From Thermoplasmatota archaeon (GTDB taxonomy: Archaea; Thermoplasmatota; Thermoplasmata; Lutacidiplasmatales; JAMCUS01): a stretch of 64,000 nucleotides of DNA. How positions within the stretch are numbered: position 1 is the stretch's first letter; every line of letters begins with the position of its first letter. This document shows positions 19,784 to 29,667 of this stretch, piece by piece. The notes beneath the pieces are model-generated. The model saw only the letters and a list, made by a program, of their open reading frames with translations, was not told the DNA's origin and searched no databases. The translations under genes and the position numbers were made by a program. The DNA lies in the NCBI GenBank assembly GCA_023379385.1, contig JAMCUS010000013.1, forward strand, positions 19,770-83,769, read 5' to 3'.

Positions 19784-20016
19784 GCAACCACCTTTCTGGA
19801 TGTTTTTAAGGAATCTACTTTTTTTATAAATTCAATGAGCATGTATGTTGTAAAAATAATCGCACCAGATAACACAAATGCGTATACAGCATGCAGATAA
19901 CTGAAGTTTGAAACAAGGGCGTATGACTGGCTATAAAGCAATACGACCTCAGCCGTATCAGCAAATACCAGGACGGTATATATTGAAAATAGAATTAAAA
20001 AGGGATGCAGCTTCAT
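19780..20016 (-). CDS. Small 2-TM membrane protein in the soxLN operon
   Basis: 4-nt overlap with the cytochrome b stop, GAGGGTG RBS; hydrophobic. Confidence 0.7.
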   Translation of the reverse strand: MKLHPFLILFSIYTVLVFADTAEVVLLYSQSYALVSNFSYLHAVYAFVLSGAIIFTTYMLIEFIKKVDSLKTSRKVVA

Positions 20017-21260
20017 TTATCAACACCCTCCTTTTTGTCATTGCAATCTGATGCATCACTGAAATGTTGCTTTTTATTTTTTGTATTGCTGTGTGTAAAA
20101 GAGTTTCTCTCAGAACCGGTTGGTGTTACCTTCCTGTATTTATAGTATAAACCATATGTCAGACCAAAGTTAAATGCAATTATACCCAGCATTATTGGAA
20201 TCCATACTACAGGCTGAACCTGAACAGCCGGCTGTAAATATCCCCATATTGTAAAAAGTATAAAATAGTCTAAATTAACAGTTACGATAGAGACAAAAAA
20301 AGGTCTGTCTTTAGGGTCTCTGCTTTCGCTTCTATCAAAAAATGGCACCAGCATATAGAAAATAACGATCACAAGTAAAATATATATTATATTGCTGCTG
20401 ATAGGTACAAAATCAATTACCTTATATGGAGCTACGAGATACCATTCAGGCATAGCCTGCACAATTACAGACGATCCCGCTTCCGGAGCAAGTGGTACTG
20501 GAAATACAGAAGCGATAACAATTACAAAACCCCATAAAATCAATGTTATACCGGCTGTATAGGATAGGAAGGTAGGTACCCATGATAACGTAGATCCCTT
20601 TTGTTCTGTCTTCATTGATACCGGCGGTGTAGCCTCATTTTTCTCATAAAGATACATGTGTATACCGAATAAAAGCATCAGAATTGCCGGCAATATCAAG
20701 ATATGTAAGTCAAGCATTCTACCGAATTCCGATGAAATTGTGCCGTTGCCAGTTATCAATGATGCCAGGAAATTACCTATCAACGGGAATTTTGATGCTA
20801 GTCCAACACCTACATCCGTAGCATCTACAGATACCTCTGTATACGGCAGAAAGTATCCTGTAAAACCAGATCCAACAACCACAAGAGCCATAAGTATACC
20901 TATGATCCATGCGAGCTCTCTTGGCTTTTTATACGCACCTATATAGTAATTTCTGAAAAAATGTATAAAAATCAGCAAAATCATAACATAAGCCATATAA
21001 AGATGCGCGTTTAACAAAATAATACCGAAAGGAACCTTATTTATTATATACTGGGTACTTGAATATGCTGTAGACGCTCCGGGTGTATAGTACAGCATTA
21101 AAAGAACCCCTGTTATGGCCTGAAATATAAAGGCTGCCGCAAGCAAACCACCGGTCCAATATGATATATCCATTGTATATTCAGGCATGGCCTTTAATGG
21201 TATATCCGATATGTGCGCCCTGCTATCAATCCAGTTCCAAATTATATCAAAAAAGCTCAT
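20013..21260 (-). CDS. soxN: Cytochrome b of a Rieske/cyt b complex (SoxN/PetB-like)
   Basis: ITGVLLMLYY, heme His pairs (NAHLY..IHFFR; LHILILP..IHMY), YKKPRELAW, PEWY. Confidence 0.88.
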   Translation of the reverse strand: MSFFDIIWNWIDSRAHISDIPLKAMPEYTMDISYWTGGLLAAAFIFQAITGVLLMLYYTPGASTAYSSTQYIINKVPFGIILLNAHLYMAYVMILLIFIHFFRNYYIGAYKKPRELAWIIGILMALVVVGSGFTGYFLPYTEVSVDATDVGVGLASKFPLIGNFLASLITGNGTISSEFGRMLDLHILILPAILMLLFGIHMYLYEKNEATPPVSMKTEQKGSTLSWVPTFLSYTAGITLILWGFVIVIASVFPVPLAPEAGSSVIVQAMPEWYLVAPYKVIDFVPISSNIIYILLVIVIFYMLVPFFDRSESRDPKDRPFFVSIVTVNLDYFILFTIWGYLQPAVQVQPVVWIPIMLGIIAFNFGLTYGLYYKYRKVTPTGSERNSFTHSNTKNKKQHFSDASDCNDKKEGVDK

Positions 21261-21269
21261 TTTAATTCC

Positions 21270-21914
21270 TCATTGATTATTTAAAGTGGTTACGGGAGCT
21301 GTATTTCCTTTGGGTGGACTTCCACCGGTAAGATCATCTGTATGGCCATATATTACAGGACCATTCATTTTGACCGCCTGAAGCGTATCTGTGCTAGAGT
21401 CATATGTTAGAACAACCATGGGCTGGGGTTTTGTGGTTGGACTTGTGATTATACTGCATCTATTGAAGGGATCAAAAGTACTTCCGTGACATGAGCAGTG
21501 TATATACGATGTATAACCATCAATGGGTGGCGACCCAGGTGGATAAAACTTTATACTAGGTGGTAAACACCCGAGATGCTCACATATGGCACTGTAAGCA
21601 ACTATGCTGTTCTGTGGTCCAACACCACCTGGCACACTTTTACCGAGGTTCAGAAGAAAGTTTGGTTCGTTAAGAAGTGGATAATCAAACAGTACGATCT
21701 GTGGATTGTTAACAGCAATTGTACTGGCTTTTATAGGGTTTCCGGAGCTATCCACAAGTGTTAACGCAGGAAATTCACTGACGCCTATTGTGGGAGCTAC
21801 AATGTAAGATAGTGAAGGAGCAAAAGCACCCAGAGCCACCACAGCAGATCCAATGGATACCATCTTCAAAAATTTTCTTCTGGATAAATCAATTTCATTC
21901 TCTTTCTTACTCAT
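21270..21914 (-). CDS. soxL: Rieske 2Fe-2S protein with Tat signal (SoxL-like)
   Basis: SRRKFLK; CEHLGC and CSCHGS boxes; LVDSSGNPIKAS..YPL..EPNFLLNLG as in archaeal Rieske proteins. Confidence 0.88.
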   Translation of the reverse strand: MSKKENEIDLSRRKFLKMVSIGSAVVALGAFAPSLSYIVAPTIGVSEFPALTLVDSSGNPIKASTIAVNNPQIVLFDYPLLNEPNFLLNLGKSVPGGVGPQNSIVAYSAICEHLGCLPPSIKFYPPGSPPIDGYTSYIHCSCHGSTFDPFNRCSIITSPTTKPQPMVVLTYDSSTDTLQAVKMNGPVIYGHTDDLTGGSPPKGNTAPVTTLNNQ

Positions 21915-22228
21915 TACAGATACACCTGCTACTGCAAGGCATATATACGTTATATCTTTATTAAATAGTTTATGAATATAAAATAAATAGTACGTATAGT
22001 AATCAACATACTATTTATTTTAATAATAAAAATGTATAAAGTAAATACCAAAAATGATGGTTGAGTTAATATGGATGAGGTGAAAAAATAATTCATAAAT
22101 CTTTATATAGCATAAATTGTTTTGGTATTCTATTACATTGATTCACTCTCCCTCCTTTTATTTTTTTAGGAGGAGGGTGGTGATTGGCGTGACCGAAGGT
22201 AGCTGTTTATTGGTGGATGGTTGGGCGT

Positions 22229-22825
22229 TTACTCCTTTATGATCTGTTTTAAAAACAGTTCGTGTATTTCTGTATTATCTGTAAGTTCTGGATGGAATGT
22301 AGATGCCATGTTTTTTCCCGATCTAACCAACACTGGAAGGCTATTATAGGTTGATAGAATCTCTACATTCTTGCCAGTACCTCTAATTACAGGTGCTCTG
22401 ATAAATATTGCTCTAAATGGCTTATCAAGCCCATCTATTTTTATATCGGTTTCAAAGGAATCTTTCTGTCTACCATAACTGTTTCTCTCTATTTCTATAT
22501 CTATAATTGATAAAGGAACGATATCACTATTTATGATTTTAGTTGATAACAGTATAGCACCTGCACATGTACCAAAAAATATTGTACCTTTTTCAGATAA
22601 CATTTTCATACGTTTCAAAAGATTTTCATTTTTCATCAATTTCAATATTACTGTACTTTCACCACCTGGTATGATCACCGCAGATATTGTTTCATGCTTA
22701 TCAAAATCTGTTAAAGATGATACGGCAACTGCATGTTCATTAATATTTAACTTTTTTAACGTTTTTTCTGTTATATATATATGCTCACTTACGTCACCCT
22801 GAATTGATAAAATTGCAACAGTCAT
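22229..22825 (-). CDS. pdxT: PLP synthase glutaminase subunit
   Basis: IPGGEST, GTCAGAILL, RNSYGRQ, FIRAP, FHPEL; start placed at ATG 22825. Confidence 0.95.
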   Translation of the reverse strand: MTVAILSIQGDVSEHIYITEKTLKKLNINEHAVAVSSLTDFDKHETISAVIIPGGESTVILKLMKNENLLKRMKMLSEKGTIFFGTCAGAILLSTKIINSDIVPLSIIDIEIERNSYGRQKDSFETDIKIDGLDKPFRAIFIRAPVIRGTGKNVEILSTYNSLPVLVRSGKNMASTFHPELTDNTEIHELFLKQIIKE

Positions 22826-23075
22826 GCCAAATTCACAATGATTTAAATAAATTGTTATATTTAACATTATCCAGTTACATATATAGTGTGCTGTCAGGCA
22901 CATATAAATTAATATGTTGTTATAAATAAATAATTCAGTAGTTTATCACTACAATTCCATAAAAATGTTCACATTGCTGACATATATTTTGGTGTATTCA
23001 AAATTGATTAAGATAGGTTTAATAAATATTACATATTTATCTATAAGTAAAGCCTATTTCCTTAAAAATCACAAT

Positions 23076-23173
23076 GCGGGAGTACTCAAGCATGGCCAAA
23101 GGGGCAAGGCTTAGGACCTTGTTGCGCAGGCATTCGCCGGTTCAAAATAATATTGAAAATCCGGCCTCCCGCA
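23076..23173 (+). tRNA. tRNA-Leu(TAG) with 13-nt intron at 59/60 (23147..23159)
   Basis: Acceptor GCGGGAG/CTCCCGC, anticodon arm CAAGG-CTTAGGA-CCTTG, long variable arm; removing ATAATATTGAAAA restores GGTTCAAATCC. Confidence 0.9.
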
Positions 23174-23217
23174 TAAATAAAAGGTTTAAAAGCTATATGT
23201 CACACAGGTGATGTCTT

Positions 23218-25899
23218 ATGAAGATGGATAATAGCAATGCTAACACAGATAATAATTTACACGAAAAAACAGATAAAGGCCCATACGATAGCAAAGAGGT
23301 AGAAACAAAATGGCAAGATTACTGGGCATCTGAATCAATATTTAAATTTATTCCGGATAGTCCATTACCCGTGTTTTCCATAGACAACCCTCCAAGATAT
23401 ACGTCAGGTCCATTACATATGGGCCATGCAATAGGCTATTCCTTAATTGATTTTGTGGCTAGGTTTAAAAAAATGATAGGCTTTAATGTATTCTTTCCGT
23501 TATGCTTTGATGCCAATGGAATGCCAATAGAGATCAAAGTAGAAAAGAAATATGGAGTAAACAAAAAAAATACAGATAGAGCTAAACTTATAGAATTATG
23601 TACAGAATATTCCAATTCCAATATTGCAGAAATGGTGAGACAGTTTAGGTCTCTTGGTATAACAATGGATAATTCTATCTATTACCAAACAGATTCACCA
23701 GAATACAGAAAATTGACCCAGATAACCTTTTTAAAATTGTATGAAAATAATATGGTGTATAGAAAAGAACATCCTGTAATATGGTGTCCACACTGTGAAA
23801 CCTCACTCGCAGCTGCGGATGTTGAATACGACGAAGAATCCAAAAATTTAATTTTTATCAATTTTAAGAACGAAAAAAATAGTATACCTATAGCAACTAC
23901 CAGACCTGAACTTCTTCCTACATGCCAGATGGTATTGATAAATCCGGAAGACAATAGATACAATAACTTTGTTGGACAAAAGGTAAACGTACCCATATTT
24001 AATCAATCGGTTCCTGTTATGACTGATAGCAAGGTAGACCCATCATTTGGTACTGGAGCTGTTATGGTCTGCACTATTGGAGATAAAGATGATCTGTTTT
24101 GGACTTATAAGTATAATTTAACATTATTGAAAGGTATTGATGAAAGCGGGAGGTTGACAGATCTAGCAGGTGTATTTTCAGGACTGACAATAATAGATGG
24201 AAGAAAAGCAATAACAAACGAATTACAAAAAACAGGCAGTGTTATAAAAATAGAAAGCATAAAACAGAATGTTGGAAAATGCTGGAGATGCCATACACCG
24301 GTAGAGTTTGTAAACAAACTGAACTGGTTTCTAAAAACCTTGGATTATAAAGAAGAGATTAAAAAAATTAGTGATTCAATTATCTGGCACCCAGAATATA
24401 TGAAAAAAAGGCTGGATTCCTGGATTGACTCTCTTCTATGGGACTGGTGCATATCGAGGCAGAGATATTTTGCTACAGCAATTCCTGTATGGATATGTGA
24501 AAAATGTGGATACATCCTTCCCGCAAAAGTAGAGGATTGCTATATAGATACATTGATAAAAGAGCCGTACATTGAAAAATGTCCTGAATGTAATGGTAAA
24601 CTGAAAGGTTCTGACGAAGTTTTTGATACGTGGATGGATTCAAGTATAACTCCCCTATACAATAGCTCCTGGAATAGGGATGGTCAGTTGTTCAAAAAAC
24701 TGTATCCAATGTCTTTAAGACCTCAAGCACATGAAATAATTCGTACATGGATTTTTTATACGATATTGAGATGCAAGCAGATGACAGATATAAAGCCATG
24801 GAACGAAGTGATGATACATGGCTTTATAATGGCACCAGATGGACGACCCATGCATGCTTCAGCTGGAAATGCTATAGACCCACTGCCAATTATTGAAAAG
24901 TACGGCGCAGATGCTTGGCGATATTACACAGCTAAATGTAAGTTGGGAGAAGACACTGCATTTCAGATAAAAGAGGTAATTCATGGAAGAAAATTTATGA
25001 TAAAAATGTATAATGTATCCAAATACATAAAAATGAATGTACAAGGCATTGAAGATATTGGCAGAATAGATCGGACAAAAGAGCTCGCCGATATTGATAA
25101 ATGGATTTTAACAAAATTTAAAATTGTATTTGATACAGTGGTATCCTACTATAACAATTATGAGTTTGATAAGGCAATATCTGTTATAGAAGAATTTGCA
25201 TGGCATGATTTTGCCGATTTTTATATAGAAATGAGTAAGGAACGGGCAAAAGCACATGACGCTTCGGTAGCCTATACCCTGTCCACGGTTGGTATCGGAA
25301 TAATAATGTTATTAACACCCATTACCCCTCATCTAGCAGAGGAGATCTATCAGGATATTTACAGAAAAGAATATCTCGTTAAAAGTGTGAATATGCTTCC
25401 AATGTCTTTTGAATATTTGTACGATGAACAATCATATAAAATTGGTGAACTATTAAAAAACATAATATCCAAAATATGGACATATTCTGCCACGGCACAT
25501 GTTAATTCATTCAGAGTCATATTTATCGTGGGTGTTTTGAATGATTCACTTATAGAAGCATTAAAACATATGAAAAAATTGTTAAAAACCGATGATATAA
25601 GATTTTTGAACAACACAGATATTACAACTAAACCTGTAGATGTCAGGTTATTGAAAGAAAAGGTAGGATCAATATTCCGTAATGAAATGGCTAAAGTCAT
25701 AGAGATTGTAAATAAACAGGGAATATCTGTTCTATACAGGGAGCTCATGAACAACGGTTATATCGATATTGAATTAAATGGAAGAGTTGAAAGACTGTCC
25801 AAAGATTATTTTAAAATAGAAACTACAGAAATCGTTGAGGAAATGAATGTTAAACAGATTGAAACATCGGGAATGGATATACACATGTATGTATCATGA
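23218..25899 (+). CDS. valS: Valyl-tRNA synthetase
   Basis: DNPP..LHMGH, IATTRPELL, FGTGAVM, WDWCISRQR, DTWMDSS, LRPQAHEIIRTW. Confidence 0.93.
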   Translation: MKMDNSNANTDNNLHEKTDKGPYDSKEVETKWQDYWASESIFKFIPDSPLPVFSIDNPPRYTSGPLHMGHAIGYSLIDFVARFKKMIGFNVFFPLCFDANGMPIEIKVEKKYGVNKKNTDRAKLIELCTEYSNSNIAEMVRQFRSLGITMDNSIYYQTDSPEYRKLTQITFLKLYENNMVYRKEHPVIWCPHCETSLAAADVEYDEESKNLIFINFKNEKNSIPIATTRPELLPTCQMVLINPEDNRYNNFVGQKVNVPIFNQSVPVMTDSKVDPSFGTGAVMVCTIGDKDDLFWTYKYNLTLLKGIDESGRLTDLAGVFSGLTIIDGRKAITNELQKTGSVIKIESIKQNVGKCWRCHTPVEFVNKLNWFLKTLDYKEEIKKISDSIIWHPEYMKKRLDSWIDSLLWDWCISRQRYFATAIPVWICEKCGYILPAKVEDCYIDTLIKEPYIEKCPECNGKLKGSDEVFDTWMDSSITPLYNSSWNRDGQLFKKLYPMSLRPQAHEIIRTWIFYTILRCKQMTDIKPWNEVMIHGFIMAPDGRPMHASAGNAIDPLPIIEKYGADAWRYYTAKCKLGEDTAFQIKEVIHGRKFMIKMYNVSKYIKMNVQGIEDIGRIDRTKELADIDKWILTKFKIVFDTVVSYYNNYEFDKAISVIEEFAWHDFADFYIEMSKERAKAHDASVAYTLSTVGIGIIMLLTPITPHLAEEIYQDIYRKEYLVKSVNMLPMSFEYLYDEQSYKIGELLKNIISKIWTYSATAHVNSFRVIFIVGVLNDSLIEALKHMKKLLKTDDIRFLNNTDITTKPVDVRLLKEKVGSIFRNEMAKVIEIVNKQGISVLYRELMNNGYIDIELNGRVERLSKDYFKIETTEIVEEMNVKQIETSGMDIHMYVS

Positions 25900-25940
25900 C
25901 ATCCTCTCCTCCACTAAAGCATAGATATTTTACAGCTTTC
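25897..25940 (-). mobile_element. Degenerate IS200/IS605 right-end remnant
   Basis: Minus strand reads GCTTTAGTGGAGGAGAGGATGTCA, resembling the CTTTAG..GAGGATGTCA right-end pattern. Confidence 0.4.
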
Positions 25941-26351
25941 TCCAACCTCTGACAATCAACAATCTATTCATCGAATGTATAAAATAATATAAAGCTATAT
26001 CTGGCTATTCTCTATGACGGACATAAGGAGGTTGGTTTGTCTGAGAACAAAATGAAATAGCCAGTATAATCATAATTTGTATAAAATATATGCTACGTAC
26101 GTGAATGATGTATCTGGCAACCAGTTACAATTTAACGGGTTGTGGTGACTACGGGCAATTCTAACGGTATTATATACTAACTATTACATATTATTTTTAA
26201 TGTGCGTTGGTATATCTATTTATATTCTATAGTATTTACTTTATTTATGATATACGCTGAAAACAATGTAATTACTGCTATATAGTGTAAATAATCTTTA
26301 AATATTTAATCACAATATTGTGATGTGAACTTGGAAAAGAGGTAAAATAAG

Positions 26352-27944
26352 ATGGCGACTGGGAATGTAGCAACAAAAATACCTGTGAAAGGTGTTCCAT
26401 CTTCAGAGCATGAGATAATTACACCGGAAATTTCAAATTTTATTGCATCTCCTGGTGAAAAATATTTAAGATACAGATCTGAGGTTCCACGATTTGACCT
26501 TGGTCAGATACCTTTTTTTGATTGGTTATTTCATCAGAGATGGTGGCAATTTGTAACAGCGTTTCCCAATGTGGTTATCTTTAATCTCGTCCTGGTTGCC
26601 GGCTTCATAGGAGTAACAGACCCAAACGTAAATTTTGCTACTGTAATTACATGGTATCTGTGGTTCACGGTTGTTTTTTTCCTGATGGTAGGGGTGGGTA
26701 GAGGATGGTGTCTTATATGTCCATTTTCTGCTCAATCTGAATGGATACAGCGATTAAGTATATGGGGCAAGAATAAGCATAATTTAACACTCAATAAAAA
26801 ATGGCCAGCAATGTATTCAACAGTGTTGATATCCATTATATTTTTTGTAGTTCTTACTTTTTTTGAAGAGTATTTCAATATAGCTGGGCCCGGTTTACCA
26901 TTTATGACTGCTACTCTCGTTCTGGGAATTATCACGTGGGATATCTTTTATGCGCTTGTATTTGAGAGAAGAAGTTTCTGCAGGTATGGATGTCCTCTAA
27001 CAGGAATAATAGGTGTGGTTTCTTCCATGTCTCCTTTTGATGGGTACAGAACTAAAAATCCCGATATATGTAAAAGATGCAGAACGAAGGAATGTATGAG
27101 AGGTAGTGATGTTAGCTATGGGTGCCCATGGTATGAATATCCTGGTTCAATGAGTACCAATTTTAATTGTGGAATCTGCACGGAATGTGTTAAGGGGTGC
27201 CCCCATAATAATATAGGACTTGCTGCGAGAGTTCCTGTTGCTGATACATGGGCTCCAAAAGTTAAGAAATTTGATATTGCACTCTCTGTTACCTTATTGC
27301 TAGGTTTAACATGGTTTCAGATGTTTAATGCACTTCCATTTTACACCACCATGAACAATTATCTTAACAATGTAACAGGATGGTATACTTTTTCAAGAAA
27401 TTCAATGATGTTGCATGGATTGGGTAGCTATTATCCAAATCCACTTGATTTTGTTGCATTTGTGCTTTTGGGTCCGGCTATTATGCTACTCTTATCATAT
27501 ATGGGATACGTGATATCTAATAAAAAGTATGGCATAAAGAAGCTATTTACGCTCTATTCATACGCCCTTATACCTTTATTTGCAGGTACTATACTGGCAA
27601 GGCAGTTTCCAAAGTTCCTTACCAATTCTGATATTGTACCTAAATATGCATCGTCACCAATGGGATTCAAGGGATGGAATCTTTTAGGTACCCTAACATT
27701 GCCTGCCATGTATAGCTCAACCACACCTGTTTATGTATGGCAGGTGCAGGTTATAACTGTTATTATTTTTGGAATATTATCAATATATGCAGCATATAAA
27801 TTGTTAAAGGTGGATTTTGATGGTTCTAAAGAATCAAAAAGAGTGTTTGCTATAATGGTAACATCATTTATTCTGTTAATAATAATGAATGCGGTACTGT
27901 ACTATTACATGGCTTTCTTCAATGGTATGTCTGCACCGTTTTGA
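26352..27944 (+). CDS. Polytopic membrane 4Fe-4S protein (NapH/MauN/CcoG-like polyferredoxin)
   Basis: GRGWCLICP and RSFCRYGCP motifs, CKRC..ECMRG..GCPW, CGICTECVKGCP; about ten TM segments. Confidence 0.85.
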   Translation: MATGNVATKIPVKGVPSSEHEIITPEISNFIASPGEKYLRYRSEVPRFDLGQIPFFDWLFHQRWWQFVTAFPNVVIFNLVLVAGFIGVTDPNVNFATVITWYLWFTVVFFLMVGVGRGWCLICPFSAQSEWIQRLSIWGKNKHNLTLNKKWPAMYSTVLISIIFFVVLTFFEEYFNIAGPGLPFMTATLVLGIITWDIFYALVFERRSFCRYGCPLTGIIGVVSSMSPFDGYRTKNPDICKRCRTKECMRGSDVSYGCPWYEYPGSMSTNFNCGICTECVKGCPHNNIGLAARVPVADTWAPKVKKFDIALSVTLLLGLTWFQMFNALPFYTTMNNYLNNVTGWYTFSRNSMMLHGLGSYYPNPLDFVAFVLLGPAIMLLLSYMGYVISNKKYGIKKLFTLYSYALIPLFAGTILARQFPKFLTNSDIVPKYASSPMGFKGWNLLGTLTLPAMYSSTTPVYVWQVQVITVIIFGILSIYAAYKLLKVDFDGSKESKRVFAIMVTSFILLIIMNAVLYYYMAFFNGMSAPF

Positions 27945-27956
27945 GGTGTTATTGGA

Positions 27957-28196
27957 ATGGTTGCGAAAATAAATTATGAAAGATGTGTAGGTTGCGAGGA
28001 ATGTGTGGTTGCATGTGCAAGAGATCACTGCATTCATCTTGAAGAGTCTACCAATATCATTGTTGTTAACGAATCCACGTGCAACAATTGTGGTGCGTGT
28101 GTCAAGAGATGTCCATTCAGATGTATAGACCTTGTAGGAGATATAGGACCTTTAGCAAGAAAACCATCTATGGTTGCTACAGCAGTAAAAAGCTGA
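27957..28196 (+). CDS. 2[4Fe-4S] ferredoxin
   Basis: CVGCEECVVAC and CNNCGACVKRCP; GAGGTG RBS. Confidence 0.9.
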   Translation: MVAKINYERCVGCEECVVACARDHCIHLEESTNIIVVNESTCNNCGACVKRCPFRCIDLVGDIGPLARKPSMVATAVKS

Positions 28197-28213
28197 ATAA
28201 TAAAGGTGTCAAA

Positions 28214-28501
28214 ATGAAAGAAATATCATTTAATACGGGTGCATTGATAGTTGGAGTGTTTGTATGGATTGTCCTGGCCATAGGTATACTTTTACACAGT
28301 TTATTTATCATCATACTATCGTCACTTACCCTGGGGCTTGTATCAGCTGTATGGATTGTAATGATTTCAGCAGCCATATCTGAACATCTTAAAAAAAGAA
28401 AGTATAAAGATGTTAAGGGTGCAGACATAACATATAACTATGTTTCCTTTATAGATCCGTCTATTATGAAAAATAACGATAAAATAAAAAAGGGGGAATA
28501 A
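28214..28501 (+). CDS. Small 2-TM membrane protein
   Basis: Start placed at ATG 28214 after AGGTG; hydrophobic hairpin. Confidence 0.7.
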   Translation: MKEISFNTGALIVGVFVWIVLAIGILLHSLFIIILSSLTLGLVSAVWIVMISAAISEHLKKRKYKDVKGADITYNYVSFIDPSIMKNNDKIKKGE

Positions 28502-28502
28502 T

Positions 28503-29420
28503 ATGAAAGCTAACCAGATTTTTAATGCAGCAATCTCTCTCTATATAATTGCTTTATTATCAAATATATATGATGTATATCTTGCAGCCATTAACAGAAG
28601 CATGTTTACAACAGTACAGACTATAACACTTACGGGAATTACCCTGACAATCTATCCTGCTTTTGATGATTTTTTATATGACTTAGCTGGTCTTGTACTC
28701 ATATTCATACTGATTTTTGCGTTAGGTATGGCATGGAAACTTGATCCGATAAAGGGCAAAGGAAGAAAATATAGATGGGCAGCGATGATACTTGCATTTA
28801 TAGCAATTATTCCGAATTTGACCGATGTTTTTCCAAGTATTTTATCTATATTCCCAAATCCATCTCTATTTTACTGGAAAGCAGATAGTGGCGCTGATTT
28901 AGTTGCCGTCATTACAATCCTGTTAGGATGGGTGCTAGCAGAGGTATGGTTTGCATCTGTTGGCGCAGGTGTTCCTAAAGGATACGGATATGCAGACATA
29001 ATTGCTAGAAATCCAAGACTCAGACTGATCAACAGAATTATAAATGTTGTCGTGCCACTGGGAGTATTTTCTACTTTCTGGCTCATAACATATATATTGA
29101 CATGGAATCTCATTCACACACCAGGTTATGTATTATCCAGCACATCTTTTGCAGGAACCAGAGCAATAACACTGTTTTATATAATCTGGTATCCATTCGT
29201 AATAGTATATAGCTCCATTGCCATCAGAGATGTGTACATGAGTATAAAAGGTAGCTGGGAAGATGTTAGAAAACTCAACGCACCCATCCTGGGTGAACCC
29301 AGTATAACAAAGGGAAGACCTCCCGTACCACCAAATGTAGACATATATAAAACATATAAAATAAATGAAAAACTTTACGATAAACTGCTACCACCGTCAG
29401 AACCAGGCACCAACAAATAA
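28503..29420 (+). CDS. Uncharacterised ~6-TM membrane protein
   Basis: 1 nt after the previous stop; multiple TM segments; Pro-rich C-terminus. Confidence 0.75.
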   Translation: MKANQIFNAAISLYIIALLSNIYDVYLAAINRSMFTTVQTITLTGITLTIYPAFDDFLYDLAGLVLIFILIFALGMAWKLDPIKGKGRKYRWAAMILAFIAIIPNLTDVFPSILSIFPNPSLFYWKADSGADLVAVITILLGWVLAEVWFASVGAGVPKGYGYADIIARNPRLRLINRIINVVVPLGVFSTFWLITYILTWNLIHTPGYVLSSTSFAGTRAITLFYIIWYPFVIVYSSIAIRDVYMSIKGSWEDVRKLNAPILGEPSITKGRPPVPPNVDIYKTYKINEKLYDKLLPPSEPGTNK

Positions 29421-29667
29421 AATATATGTGTATCTATATAATTTGTTTATAGGACAGTAAAGGTATTAGGAAACCGCTAAAAACAGTCGCTTTAGTTGAT
29501 GAAACTGATCACATATCGTGAACAATCATTCATAAAGGTGTCATCACCAATCCAATCATATTGTATATACCAGCATGAATCATATATATGTAATTTACAT
29601 ATATTATATACTCTTATTTTTGTAATTAGAAAAGGAATATATATTTTATTAGAAGTAAAAGCTTCAG

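Noticed and set aside
26095-26170. Possible C/D-box sRNA upstream of the Fe-S cluster
   Set aside because: No convincing RTGATGA and CTGA box set
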